Shown here: in pieces, positions 8,817 through 17,809 of the stretch | How positions within the stretch are numbered: position 1 is the stretch's first letter | How the letters are laid out: each line of letters begins with the position of its first letter | Source: Aciduliprofundum sp. | GTDB taxonomy: Archaea; Thermoplasmatota; Thermoplasmata; Thermoplasmatales; ARK-15 | Assembly (NCBI GenBank): GCA_002878135.1 | Contig: PNIT01000176.1 | Coordinates: 1 to 35,032 of the forward strand | Length of the DNA: 35,032 nucleotides | Direction: 5' to 3' | Program-made: the position numbers and the translations under genes | Notes under the pieces: model-generated | Seen by the model: the letters and a program-made list of their open reading frames with translations, nothing else | Told to the model about the DNA's origin: nothing | Databases searched by the model: none

Positions 8817-9918
8817 TTTCAATCATCCTCCTGTAGATATCCCTGAATGTGATGAGCCTTTCAAGTGTAATATGCTCATCTGATCCATGGGCATTGTCAA
8901 GTGCAAAATCACCAGGACCGAATACAACAGTCTCAATGCCGTAGGCAATCATGTAGTTTGCATCATTGGACCCCTTACCCCCTATCGGTTCAGGAAATCT
9001 GCCCGTAACATCATGCACAGCCCCCTTCACCATACCAATGACATTGGAATCCAGGGGAATCTCCGCCGGTGGTACCTGATGTATTATCTCCACACTCATA
9101 TCCTTTCCCGTCAATCCTATCTCCTTTTTTATTCTTTCCATCAGGCCATCAACATCCATGGATGGTATTGTCCTTATGTCAAGAGTTGCCTCAGCATGGT
9201 CGGGTATAACATTCACCTTCTCACCACCATGGAAGGTGGTGCCCAGTGCCATGGTGGGATCCGGCAGATATTGATGCTTCCTGAAATCCATTCTAATGGA
9301 CTTTAGCCTTAACAGTAAGTCAGCAAGATTCATCACTGCATTATCACCAAGTTCAGGATCACTTCCATGGGCACTTTTTCCCCTGGAGATAATTTTTAAC
9401 CAGAGTGTTCCCCTTATACCCGGCCTGTAACATATCCTACCGTTAAAAACGGAACCTTCCATCACCACACCGTACCTTGCCCTGAGTTCCTCCAGTATAC
9501 TCCTGGTTCCAAGCTCTCCACCCTGTTCCTCATCAGCAACAAATGCAAATTTAAATTTTTTCAGCATATCCTTCTCTCCACGATCAACAATCTCCTCAAT
9601 GGCAACTATGAGGCTTGCCAGCGCTCCCTTCATATCCGAGGATCCCCTGCCGTAGATTATGTTACCCACGATCTCACCGTACGGGTTGTGTGTCCAGTAT
9701 CTGCCCACGGGCACGGTATCCATATGGCCGTTGAAAACAAGAAGATCCCCTGTGCCGAAGATAAGATTTACCCTGTTCTCACCCCTCCTTATTTCCTTCA
9801 GGTCCAGATAGTCCCTGAGCCTGGATTTGATAACATCCGCAACACCAGATTCATTCCCCGGTGGATTTTCACTCCTCTCCCTTATAAGCTCAAGTGTAAG
9901 TGCAGCAAGATCATCCAT
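8803..9918 (-). CDS. M20 family metallo-hydrolase (ArgE/DapE-like), probable N-succinyl-L-amino acid desuccinylase
   Basis: SENPPG, NGHMDTVP, GRGSSDMKG, DEE, AHGS, NVIP and AHGSDE metal-ligand motifs. Confidence 0.85.
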   Translation of the reverse strand: MDDLAALTLELIRERSENPPGNESGVADVIKSRLRDYLDLKEIRRGENRVNLIFGTGDLLVFNGHMDTVPVGRYWTHNPYGEIVGNIIYGRGSSDMKGALASLIVAIEEIVDRGEKDMLKKFKFAFVADEEQGGELGTRSILEELRARYGVVMEGSVFNGRICYRPGIRGTLWLKIISRGKSAHGSDPELGDNAVMNLADLLLRLKSIRMDFRKHQYLPDPTMALGTTFHGGEKVNVIPDHAEATLDIRTIPSMDVDGLMERIKKEIGLTGKDMSVEIIHQVPPAEIPLDSNVIGMVKGAVHDVTGRFPEPIGGKGSNDANYMIAYGIETVVFGPGDFALDNAHGSDEHITLERLITFRDIYRRMIENAKD

Positions 9919-9924
9919 AAGGAA

Positions 9925-11013
9925 TCACCCTATCCTAAATGCATACCTGCTGTAACTTGATTTTTCAATGAATTCAATGTCGGGTTCAACACCTATTCCA
10001 TTGCCAGAGGGCACTGCAATGGTACCCTTCTCCATAATGAATGGCCTTTTTATTACATCCTTTTCAAAGTATCTGTCGCTCGGGCTTGTATCACCGGGCA
10101 GGGTGAACTCCTTCCTTGACTGCACTATAACATTCAGTGCCCTTCCTATACCCGTTTCCAGCATTCCACCGCACCATATTGGAATACCATTCTCCCTTGA
10201 GAAATCTATTATCCTCAGTGATTCAGAAAGTCCACCTACCCTGCCTATCTTCAGGTTTATTATCCTTCCAGCATCCATCTCATACATCCTCTCGGCATCC
10301 TCCACCGAATGTATGCTCTCATCAAGGCATATGGGTGTACTCATCTCCCTCTGAAGTTTTGAATGCCCGAGGAGATTCCTCTCATTCAGGGGCTGTTCTA
10401 TCATCAGGAGCTCGTATCTGTCAAGCATCTTTACCCTTTCCACATTTTTTTCAAAGGCCTGGTTTGCATCCACCGTAAGAGGTATATCACCGAATTCCTC
10501 CCTCACCCTCTTTACAACATCAACATCCCAGCCAGGCTTCACCTTCAGCTTTATCCTCTTGTATCCCCTATCAAGGGAATTCCTTATCATGGAAAGTAGC
10601 TTTTCCATGGGAAGTATGCCTATGCTTATTCCGGAATCTATCTTCTCCTTACTACCACCAATGATTTCCTTAAGGCTTTTACCCTTCCTCTTTGCCTGGA
10701 GGTCCCAGAGCATGGTTTCAACTGCAGATTTTGCCATATTGTGACCCTTAATCTTTCTTGCCCTTGAAATGAATTCCATTGGATCCTCAGTTTCCTTAAG
10801 TATTTCAAGGAGATAGGTCCTGAATATGTAGAGTGCAGTACCATTATCCTCATAGCTGTAACCAGGATATGAGTCTGTAACACTCTCCCCCCAGGCCTCT
10901 ACATCCCCAGAATATCTGAAAAGCAGGACATCCCTGACATTCTGCACGCCGAAGCTTGTTTCAAAAGGTACCTTGAGGGGAATTTTCATATTATAAACAA
11001 TGATCTCCGCCAT
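9925..11013 (-). CDS. menC: N-succinylamino acid racemase / o-succinylbenzoate synthase (NSAR/OSBS subfamily, enolase superfamily)
   Basis: FETSFG, KLK, DAN, EQP, LDE, NLKIGRVGG, WCGGMLETGIG and PGDTS motifs. Confidence 0.88.
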   Translation of the reverse strand: MAEIIVYNMKIPLKVPFETSFGVQNVRDVLLFRYSGDVEAWGESVTDSYPGYSYEDNGTALYIFRTYLLEILKETEDPMEFISRARKIKGHNMAKSAVETMLWDLQAKRKGKSLKEIIGGSKEKIDSGISIGILPMEKLLSMIRNSLDRGYKRIKLKVKPGWDVDVVKRVREEFGDIPLTVDANQAFEKNVERVKMLDRYELLMIEQPLNERNLLGHSKLQREMSTPICLDESIHSVEDAERMYEMDAGRIINLKIGRVGGLSESLRIIDFSRENGIPIWCGGMLETGIGRALNVIVQSRKEFTLPGDTSPSDRYFEKDVIKRPFIMEKGTIAVPSGNGIGVEPDIEFIEKSSYSRYAFRIG

Positions 11014-11101
11014 TGGAAAGATTATCCTGATTTACAATAAGAAATTTTTCCTTCATGGATTGACAAAAAAATAATAATCATAAAGATTTTTCAATGAATG
11101 C

Positions 11102-11746
11102 ATGAAAATCTCAAGGGAGTATGGTGGCTGGGTAACAGCATCCCTCACCTTCATATTATCCCTATCACTCTGTTTTAAATCTGGTAGAATTTCCATTGTT
11201 TGCATAATAATATGGATACCAGTATTCATCGGTCTTATATTTTTTGATAACAATAAGGATGAGATTCCAGTTTATATGAAGATAACAATTGTGATATTAT
11301 TCGTAATATCATTATTTTTATATATATATATAATTATACCCTACTCCTTTTTTCTTTCCTCCTATGTTCTGAAACATAAAAGGATGAAAAACTATCTTGT
11401 TACGCTCACAGGAATTGCGGGAGAATCACTTATGCTTGCAGTATCCATGAGCATCTCCGGGTATTCCAGCTTTTATGTTCCAGCCCTCATATTCATATAT
11501 CTCTATGGTGCAGAATTCGGTGTACAGTCCTTCATCAGGAGGAATTTTTACGTATCCCTCTACAACATTCTTCCGGCGATATTCTTCATCCTTGGTTACA
11601 GTGCATTCATTATCTGTCTTGTAAGGCTTTCCTATTTTAAATTAAAAAATATAAAAATTCTGGGAGTTCTGGAAACAATGCTCTACGCAATAATCATAAT
11701 ATCAATCATGGCAGGGTTTAAAATTCCCCCGTTTGGCCAGGTTTAA
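11102..11746 (+). CDS. hypothetical multi-pass membrane protein, possibly YwiC-like
   Basis: 214 aa, mostly hydrophobic with about 7-8 TM segments; N-terminal SREYGGW resembles the PxxHGAW start of YwiC-like proteins. Confidence 0.6.
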   Translation: MKISREYGGWVTASLTFILSLSLCFKSGRISIVCIIIWIPVFIGLIFFDNNKDEIPVYMKITIVILFVISLFLYIYIIIPYSFFLSSYVLKHKRMKNYLVTLTGIAGESLMLAVSMSISGYSSFYVPALIFIYLYGAEFGVQSFIRRNFYVSLYNILPAIFFILGYSAFIICLVRLSYFKLKNIKILGVLETMLYAIIIISIMAGFKIPPFGQV

Positions 11747-12395
11747 GGATCACCACCTCTGAAACACCCTTCAATTCCTTTTTCAGCATTTCAGGATCCT
11801 GCCTTATTGCATCAAATGTGTTATAGTGTATGGGTATTACAATCTTTGATCCAAGCATCTTTGCAGCGAGTGCAGCCTCCCTTATGCCCATGGTGAAAAA
11901 GCCACCTATGGGCAGGAGAGATATCTCAGGCCTGTAGAGTTCACCTATGAGCTTCATATCACCGAATATGCCCGTGTCCCCAGCATGGTAAACAGTCCTT
12001 GTACCCCTGATGACAAATCCGCAGGGAAGGCCACCTGAATGATCGAAGTTGTCCATGCTGATACCTGCAGAATGTAGTGCATAAACCATGGTAATGGTCT
12101 TTCCCTTGAACTCAAAGGACCCTGAGAAGTTCATGCCAATTGCGTTCACACCCTTTGATGAAAGATATTCTGCAAGTTCATAGATGGCCACTATACTCAC
12201 ATTGTTTTCCTTTGCTATCTCTATGGCATTTCCGAGATGGTCACCGTGCCCATGCGTAACTAGGATTATGTCAGGGTGAAGATCGGATGCCTTTACTGGT
12301 GAAAGTGGATTTCCCTCTATGAAGGGATCTATCAATATCTTAACGCCATCGTCCACCATAACTGCGGAATGCCCGTACCAGGTTATCTTCATCAT
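11718..12395 (-). CDS. metallo-beta-lactamase fold hydrolase (UPF0173 / UlaG-like)
   Basis: WYGHS, IDPF, THGHGDH, ALHS, YHAGDT, LPIGG, PIHYNTF. Confidence 0.9.
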   Translation of the reverse strand: MMKITWYGHSAVMVDDGVKILIDPFIEGNPLSPVKASDLHPDIILVTHGHGDHLGNAIEIAKENNVSIVAIYELAEYLSSKGVNAIGMNFSGSFEFKGKTITMVYALHSAGISMDNFDHSGGLPCGFVIRGTRTVYHAGDTGIFGDMKLIGELYRPEISLLPIGGFFTMGIREAALAAKMLGSKIVIPIHYNTFDAIRQDPEMLKKELKGVSEVVILKPGQTGEF

Positions 12396-12403
12396 TCATC
12401 ACC

Positions 12404-12940
12404 TCATATATTTGCCCTGCACTTGGGGCAAACGTACATGTTCTTGTAGAAAACAAGACGTGTGGAAAAATGGCCACATACATCACAGAGACCCGCAAAA
12501 AATTCCTCCTCCTCACCCTTTTCCTCGTACTCCCTTGATTTTTCAGAAGCTATCAGGAGCAAATCTGGAGATATCTTAACTATGTCATTTTCCGAGAGGA
12601 GGCCCACGATCCTATCATCGCTCACCACAGGCAATTTCCTTATCTTCTTCTTGTTCATCATGCTTGCTGCCCTCTCAAGCCTCTCATTCTCATCAACAAC
12701 AACAAGTGGTGATGACATGATATCACCCAGCTTAATCTCTGATGGATTAATGTCCCTTGCAACCACCTTTACCACAAGATCCCTGTCCGTTACAATGCCA
12801 ACGGGGATACCTTCCTTGGTTACTATGATCGTACTTATGCCCCTCTGAACCATCCTCTTAACAGCAGATGAAACATCTGTGTTCATATCCAGAACCATGG
12901 GGCTCCTTGACATTACCTCCTTTACCCTGATCTCCTTCAT
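12404..12940 (-). CDS. CBS-pair protein with C-terminal zinc ribbon
   Basis: VKEVMS...GIVTDRD...DIMSSP...IRKLPVV...GLLSEND, then CDVC...CPKC. Start at ATG 12940 (GGTGT upstream) preferred over 12961. Confidence 0.88.
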   Translation of the reverse strand: MKEIRVKEVMSRSPMVLDMNTDVSSAVKRMVQRGISTIIVTKEGIPVGIVTDRDLVVKVVARDINPSEIKLGDIMSSPLVVVDENERLERAASMMNKKKIRKLPVVSDDRIVGLLSENDIVKISPDLLLIASEKSREYEEKGEEEEFFAGLCDVCGHFSTRLVFYKNMYVCPKCRANI

Positions 12941-12997
12941 CTTTACACCCATGATAATCATGGATAAAATATTAGATAAATTTTTTTGTTCAATACT

Positions 12998-13012
12998 GAA
13001 AATGTTTTTAAA
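12998..13012 (+). promoter_or_regulatory. BRE/TATA promoter of mutS (probably leaderless transcript)
   Basis: GAAAATG-TTTTTAAA ending about 25 nt upstream of ATG 13037; no GGTGA-type RBS. Confidence 0.5.
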
Positions 13013-13036
13013 CCTCCTATTTTTCCTTAGGATTGA

Positions 13037-15526
13037 ATGGAAACACCTCTGATGAAACAGTATTACGAGATAAAGAAAAAGTACAAGGACATGATTCTAT
13101 TCTACAGGGTAGGTGACTTCTACGAGACCTTCGGCGATGATGCAAGGGTTGTTTCCAGGGAACTGAACATAGTGCTCACATCAAGGAACAGGGAAAGGGA
13201 GAACATACCAATGGCAGGAATACCATACCATGCTCTCTACTCCTACATTGGTAAGCTCGTTAACAGGGGTTACAAGGTGGCACTCTGTGAACAGCTCGAG
13301 GACCCCAGGTATGCAAAGGGCATAGTGAAGAGGGATGTTGTCAGGGTATTCACTGCAGGAACTGTATACGAGGATGAGCTCATAACATCAGTGACAAACT
13401 ACATATGCTCCATAGATCTTGAAAATAGAGGAGCAATAGTCTTTGCTGATGTATCAACAGGTGAATTCAGGGGAACATGGTTCGATGAGGATCCCATTGA
13501 AAATATAATTTCAGAGATACAGAAGATAAATCCAAGGGAGGTGGTATTTGCAAATGCCATAAATGCTGAGATCAAGAACCTCCTTGAACAGAAGAACATA
13601 CCCTACAACGTGGAGGATATTGACAGATTTGAATCCACGGACATAATGAAAAGGCATTCAATGAATTCAGGAATGCTCGATAACGATGAGATTCTCAACG
13701 CCACGGGTGCCCTCCTTAAATATCTTGAGAGGACGAACATTGATGCATTCAGGTCCCTTGGTGATCTCAGGATATACAGGAGGGGGGATTACCTGATCAT
13801 GGATGATACAACACTGAAAAATCTGGAGATTTTCAGTGATATCAGGGGTGAGGTAAAGAATTCGCTTCTCGGTATTCTTGATCACTGCAGCACAAGGATG
13901 GGCAGCAGGATTCTCAGGAGATACCTCTTTCATCCATCCATAGATCCAGATGTTATAAGGGAAAGGCAGGATATGGTATCATCCTTCCTGGGGGATACGA
14001 TATCCAGGCTATCAATCATAGATCTACTGAGGAAATTACCTGACATTGAAAGGATCTGGTCAAGGGTGGAGGCTGGAAGGGCCTCACCCCAGGATCTAAT
14101 ATCCCTGAAGAGGGCATCCTTCGTTATAAGGGATATCCTGGCTATACTCTCCTCCATGAAGAATATGGAGGATCTGAAGAACAGGATCTGGTCCATGGAT
14201 ACACTTGCAGAAAAGATTGATAGGGCAATAAATGAGGATTTTACCACAAGCAGGATAAGGGATGGCTATGATCAGGTCCTGGATAGCTACAGGAGGATAA
14301 TATCTGAAAAGGAAAGGCTGATAGGTGAGATAGAGAGGAAGGAGATAGCCGCAACAGGTATAAAGAATCTGAGGATTGGCTACAATGAGGTATTCGGTTA
14401 CTACATAGAGGTGCCAAAATCCCAGGCATCCAGGGTACCTGCATACTACATAAGGAAACAGACACTTAAGAATGTGGAGAGGTACACAACTCAGGAATTA
14501 CAGAACCTTGAATACAGCGTACAGGACGCAAGGCTGAACATTGAATCCAGGGAGGAGGAGATATACAGGAATCTACTTGATGAGTTATCAGGAATGGGAA
14601 ATGTTAGGTCAAGTGCCCTTGCCCTGGGGGAACTGGATTTCTATGTTACCATGGCCGACCTCGCTGCGAAGAGGAGGTATTCCAGACCCGTAATAGATGA
14701 ATCCACAGATATAGAGATAAAGGAAGGAAGGCATCCAGTTCTTGAGCTTCAGGGTGATTTCATACCAAATGATGCAATCCTTGATACTGATGGGAATAGG
14801 TTCATCATATTAACCGGCCCGAACATGGCGGGAAAGAGCACATACATGAGGCAGATTGCACTCATCATAATAATGGCGCAGATAGGGAGCTTTGTACCTG
14901 CTGGAAGTGCAAGGATAGGGGTTGTGGACAGGATATTTACGAGGATAGGTGCAAGTGATGACATACTCAGGGGAAGGAGCACATTTCTTAACGAGATGGT
15001 TGAGCTATCAAACATACTGAACAATGCCACGAAGAGGAGCTTCATAATACTCGATGAGGTGGGAAGGGGGACCAGCACCTTTGATGGCCTGAGCATAGCC
15101 TGGGCAGCGGTGGAATACATACACAACAGGATAGGTGCAAAGACAATATTCGCCACACATTACCATCAGCTCATTGAGATGGAGAACAATCTTGAGGGTG
15201 TCAAGAATTACCATATGCCCGTCATTGAGGAGAACGGCAGGCTTGTTTTCACAAGGAAGGTAAGGAGGGGAGGCATAAGCGAAAGCTACGGTATAGAGGT
15301 GGCTGCAATGGCAGGTCTCCCCGGGGATTTCCTTGAAAGGGCAAGGGAGATACTTAAAAAGATAGAGGAGGAGAATGTCCTGGAGGTAAGGAAGCACAAA
15401 ATAACCCAGAGGAGCCTCCTTGAATTGTTCATAATGGAGGAGTTGAGGGGCATAGATCCAGATAAGATTGATGGTGAAAAGGCAAGGGAATTAATTAAAA
15501 GGATAAAGGAGATGATTCAGGGGTAG
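13037..15526 (+). CDS. mutS: DNA mismatch repair protein MutS (MutS1)
   Basis: TPLMKQY, GDFYE (mismatch-binding Phe-X-Glu), PMAGIP, GRHPVLE, Walker A GPNMAGKST, Walker B ILDEVGRGTS, FATHY, SYGIEVA. Confidence 0.97.
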   Translation: METPLMKQYYEIKKKYKDMILFYRVGDFYETFGDDARVVSRELNIVLTSRNRERENIPMAGIPYHALYSYIGKLVNRGYKVALCEQLEDPRYAKGIVKRDVVRVFTAGTVYEDELITSVTNYICSIDLENRGAIVFADVSTGEFRGTWFDEDPIENIISEIQKINPREVVFANAINAEIKNLLEQKNIPYNVEDIDRFESTDIMKRHSMNSGMLDNDEILNATGALLKYLERTNIDAFRSLGDLRIYRRGDYLIMDDTTLKNLEIFSDIRGEVKNSLLGILDHCSTRMGSRILRRYLFHPSIDPDVIRERQDMVSSFLGDTISRLSIIDLLRKLPDIERIWSRVEAGRASPQDLISLKRASFVIRDILAILSSMKNMEDLKNRIWSMDTLAEKIDRAINEDFTTSRIRDGYDQVLDSYRRIISEKERLIGEIERKEIAATGIKNLRIGYNEVFGYYIEVPKSQASRVPAYYIRKQTLKNVERYTTQELQNLEYSVQDARLNIESREEEIYRNLLDELSGMGNVRSSALALGELDFYVTMADLAAKRRYSRPVIDESTDIEIKEGRHPVLELQGDFIPNDAILDTDGNRFIILTGPNMAGKSTYMRQIALIIIMAQIGSFVPAGSARIGVVDRIFTRIGASDDILRGRSTFLNEMVELSNILNNATKRSFIILDEVGRGTSTFDGLSIAWAAVEYIHNRIGAKTIFATHYHQLIEMENNLEGVKNYHMPVIEENGRLVFTRKVRRGGISESYGIEVAAMAGLPGDFLERAREILKKIEEENVLEVRKHKITQRSLLELFIMEELRGIDPDKIDGEKARELIKRIKEMIQG

Positions 15527-16449
15527 ATCCAGGTTCCAGATTTACCCTCGTATGATTCCTTCAGTTTCTCGGGGCTGGTGATTAGCACCTTCCTTCCACC
15601 ATTCTCAAGGAACCTCATGGCCGCAAGGATCTTGGGTCCCATGCTTCCTGGCTTGAAATGTCCCTGCCTGTAATATTCCCTCATCTCCCTGAGGGTGGCA
15701 CTATCTATGCCCTTCTGGTTCTCCTTCCCATAGTTCAGGTATACCATATCCACAGCAGTCAGTATAATGAGCTCTATTGCATCTATGTCCTTTGCAAGTG
15801 TTGCAGCCCCAAGGTCCTTGTCTATTACACCCTCAACGCCTATCAAAGTTCCATTTTTCCTTATCACTGGTATACCACCGCCACCCACACCTATGACAAT
15901 AAATCCAGCCTCAAGCAGGGAAAGGATTGCACCACTCTCAACAATCCTCCTTGGATCGGGGGATGGCACCACCCTCCTCCAGCCCCTGCCTGAATCCTCC
16001 ACCATTCGCCAGCCCTTCTCCCTTATGAGCTCCTGGGCCTGGTACCTGGTGTAGAATGGGCCTATTGGCTTCGTAGGATTCTTGAAGGCAGGGTCGTTCT
16101 CATCCACCTCCACCCTTGTGAGAAGTGTAATTATATCCCTGTTTATACCCCTTGCCTTGAGCACATTGTTGAAGCTCTGTTCAAGCATGTAACCTATCAT
16201 ACCCTGTGATTCAGCACCGCAGACATCCAGGGGCATGGGTGGAACAATATCCCTCGCATGCTCATTCTGCAGAAGGATAGCACCCACCTGCGGCCCATTT
16301 CCATGCGTCAGTGCCACCTGCCTGTCCTCGAATATCCAGGATATATATTCTGCCGTTTCCCTTGCCCTCCTGAACTGTTCCTCAGAAGTACCCTTATCAC
16401 CTGGCCTCAGAAGGGCATTACCGCCCACAGCTATTACCACCCTTTCCAT
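15517..16449 (-). CDS. arcC: carbamate kinase
   Basis: True start ATG 16449 (GGTGA RBS): MERVVIAVGGNAL, THGNGPQVG, PTKPIG, RRVVPSP, GGGGIP, VIDKD, GSMGPK. Confidence 0.95.
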   Translation of the reverse strand: MERVVIAVGGNALLRPGDKGTSEEQFRRARETAEYISWIFEDRQVALTHGNGPQVGAILLQNEHARDIVPPMPLDVCGAESQGMIGYMLEQSFNNVLKARGINRDIITLLTRVEVDENDPAFKNPTKPIGPFYTRYQAQELIREKGWRMVEDSGRGWRRVVPSPDPRRIVESGAILSLLEAGFIVIGVGGGGIPVIRKNGTLIGVEGVIDKDLGAATLAKDIDAIELIILTAVDMVYLNYGKENQKGIDSATLREMREYYRQGHFKPGSMGPKILAAMRFLENGGRKVLITSPEKLKESYEGKSGTWIYP

Positions 16450-16543
16450 CTTTTCACCCTGAGAGAATTGGAGAATGTTTTTGAAATATTTAAAAAAAAC
16501 TGATGGAAAATAAAATATACAGGTTTTTACCTTATTGGATATT

Positions 16544-17809
16544 ATGAGCATTTTAATTAAGGGAGGAATGGTTGTTACCCAGAACCTTGATAGAAAGATC
16601 ATGGATGCTGATATTTACATTGATGAGAACTTCATAACAGAGATAAATAGAAACATATCCGTTGAGGCGGACCATGTGATAGATGCAAGGAACAGGATAG
16701 TGATGCCCGGATTGATAAATACTCACACCCATGTGGGCATGTCCATGTTCAGGGGTGCCGTTGAGGATATGCAGCTGGACAGGTTCCTGGAGAAGACTTT
16801 TAAACTGGATGCCCAAAGAACAGAGGAGGACATTTATTATTCATCCCTACTTTCAATGGCGGAGATGATAAGGACAGGTACCACATCATTCCTTGATCTA
16901 TACTATGACGAGCATATAGTTGCAAGGGCAGTGGAGAAATCAGGAATGAGGGGATTCCTATCATGGGTAACGCTGGATAGGGAGTTCACCACCCAGAAGG
17001 GCGAACCATTGAAGAATGCTGAGGAGTTTATCTCATCACACAGGGGAAAGGAGAGGGTAGTTCCATCCATAGGGTTCCAGGGCGTTTATGTATGCTCAGA
17101 TGAAACACTCCTAAAGGGAAAGGAGATAGCTGAAAGGTACGGTGTAATAGAGCACATGCACCTTTCAGAAACAAGGAAGGAGGTCTACGATTATTTAAAA
17201 AAGAAGAACAAAAGGCCTGTGGAGCATCTCAAGGAGATAAATTTTCTCAGCAATAATCTGGTGGCCGCCCATACCGTATGGTTGACCGTAAGGGAGATAG
17301 ACTATCTGGGACAATCTGGTGTAAGCGTTTCACATAATCCTGTTAGCAACATGAAACTTGGAACCGGGGGTGCTGCACCTGTACCAGAGATGATGAAAAG
17401 GAATGTTAATGTTACACTTGGCACGGATAGTTCTGTGACAAACAACAACCTCGATATGTTCGACGTGATGAAGACGGCAGGATTGATGCACAAGAATGAT
17501 AGATGGGATGCATCTGTATTACCATCACAGTCGATACTTGATTTTGCCACCATAAATGCTGCAAAGGCGCTGAAGGTATCATCGCTCCTTGGATCCATAG
17601 AGGAGGGTAAGCTCGCGGACATCATAATCCTGGATCCTTTCCCATCAGGTATTCCATTGAAGAAGGAGAACATAGTTGCAAACATAGTGTATGCTCTAAA
17701 GGGTCTGAATGTTACACATACAATAGTGGATGGCAGGATACTTATGTCCTCCGGTGTAATAAGATCATTCGATGTTGGTGAGGTATTATCCTTCATGGAA
17801 AAGATCTAG
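16544..17809 (+). CDS. amidohydrolase, MTA/SAH deaminase-like (COG0402)
   Basis: PGLINTHTH, GTT, HLSET, AHTV, HNPVSNMKL, LGTD, GKLAD. Confidence 0.85.
   Translation: MSILIKGGMVVTQNLDRKIMDADIYIDENFITEINRNISVEADHVIDARNRIVMPGLINTHTHVGMSMFRGAVEDMQLDRFLEKTFKLDAQRTEEDIYYSSLLSMAEMIRTGTTSFLDLYYDEHIVARAVEKSGMRGFLSWVTLDREFTTQKGEPLKNAEEFISSHRGKERVVPSIGFQGVYVCSDETLLKGKEIAERYGVIEHMHLSETRKEVYDYLKKKNKRPVEHLKEINFLSNNLVAAHTVWLTVREIDYLGQSGVSVSHNPVSNMKLGTGGAAPVPEMMKRNVNVTLGTDSSVTNNNLDMFDVMKTAGLMHKNDRWDASVLPSQSILDFATINAAKALKVSSLLGSIEEGKLADIIILDPFPSGIPLKKENIVANIVYALKGLNVTHTIVDGRILMSSGVIRSFDVGEVLSFMEKI

Noticed and set aside
9925-11013. Reading the OSBS-like gene as a menaquinone biosynthesis locus
   Set aside because: No menF/D/H/E/B/A nearby; neighbours are GNAT and M20, the NSAR context. 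A dual role is not excluded.
16450-16602. 51-codon N-terminal extension of carbamate kinase in the ORF track
   Set aside because: Spans the AT-rich divergent promoter and overlaps the amidohydrolase start; homology and RBS support ATG 16449.
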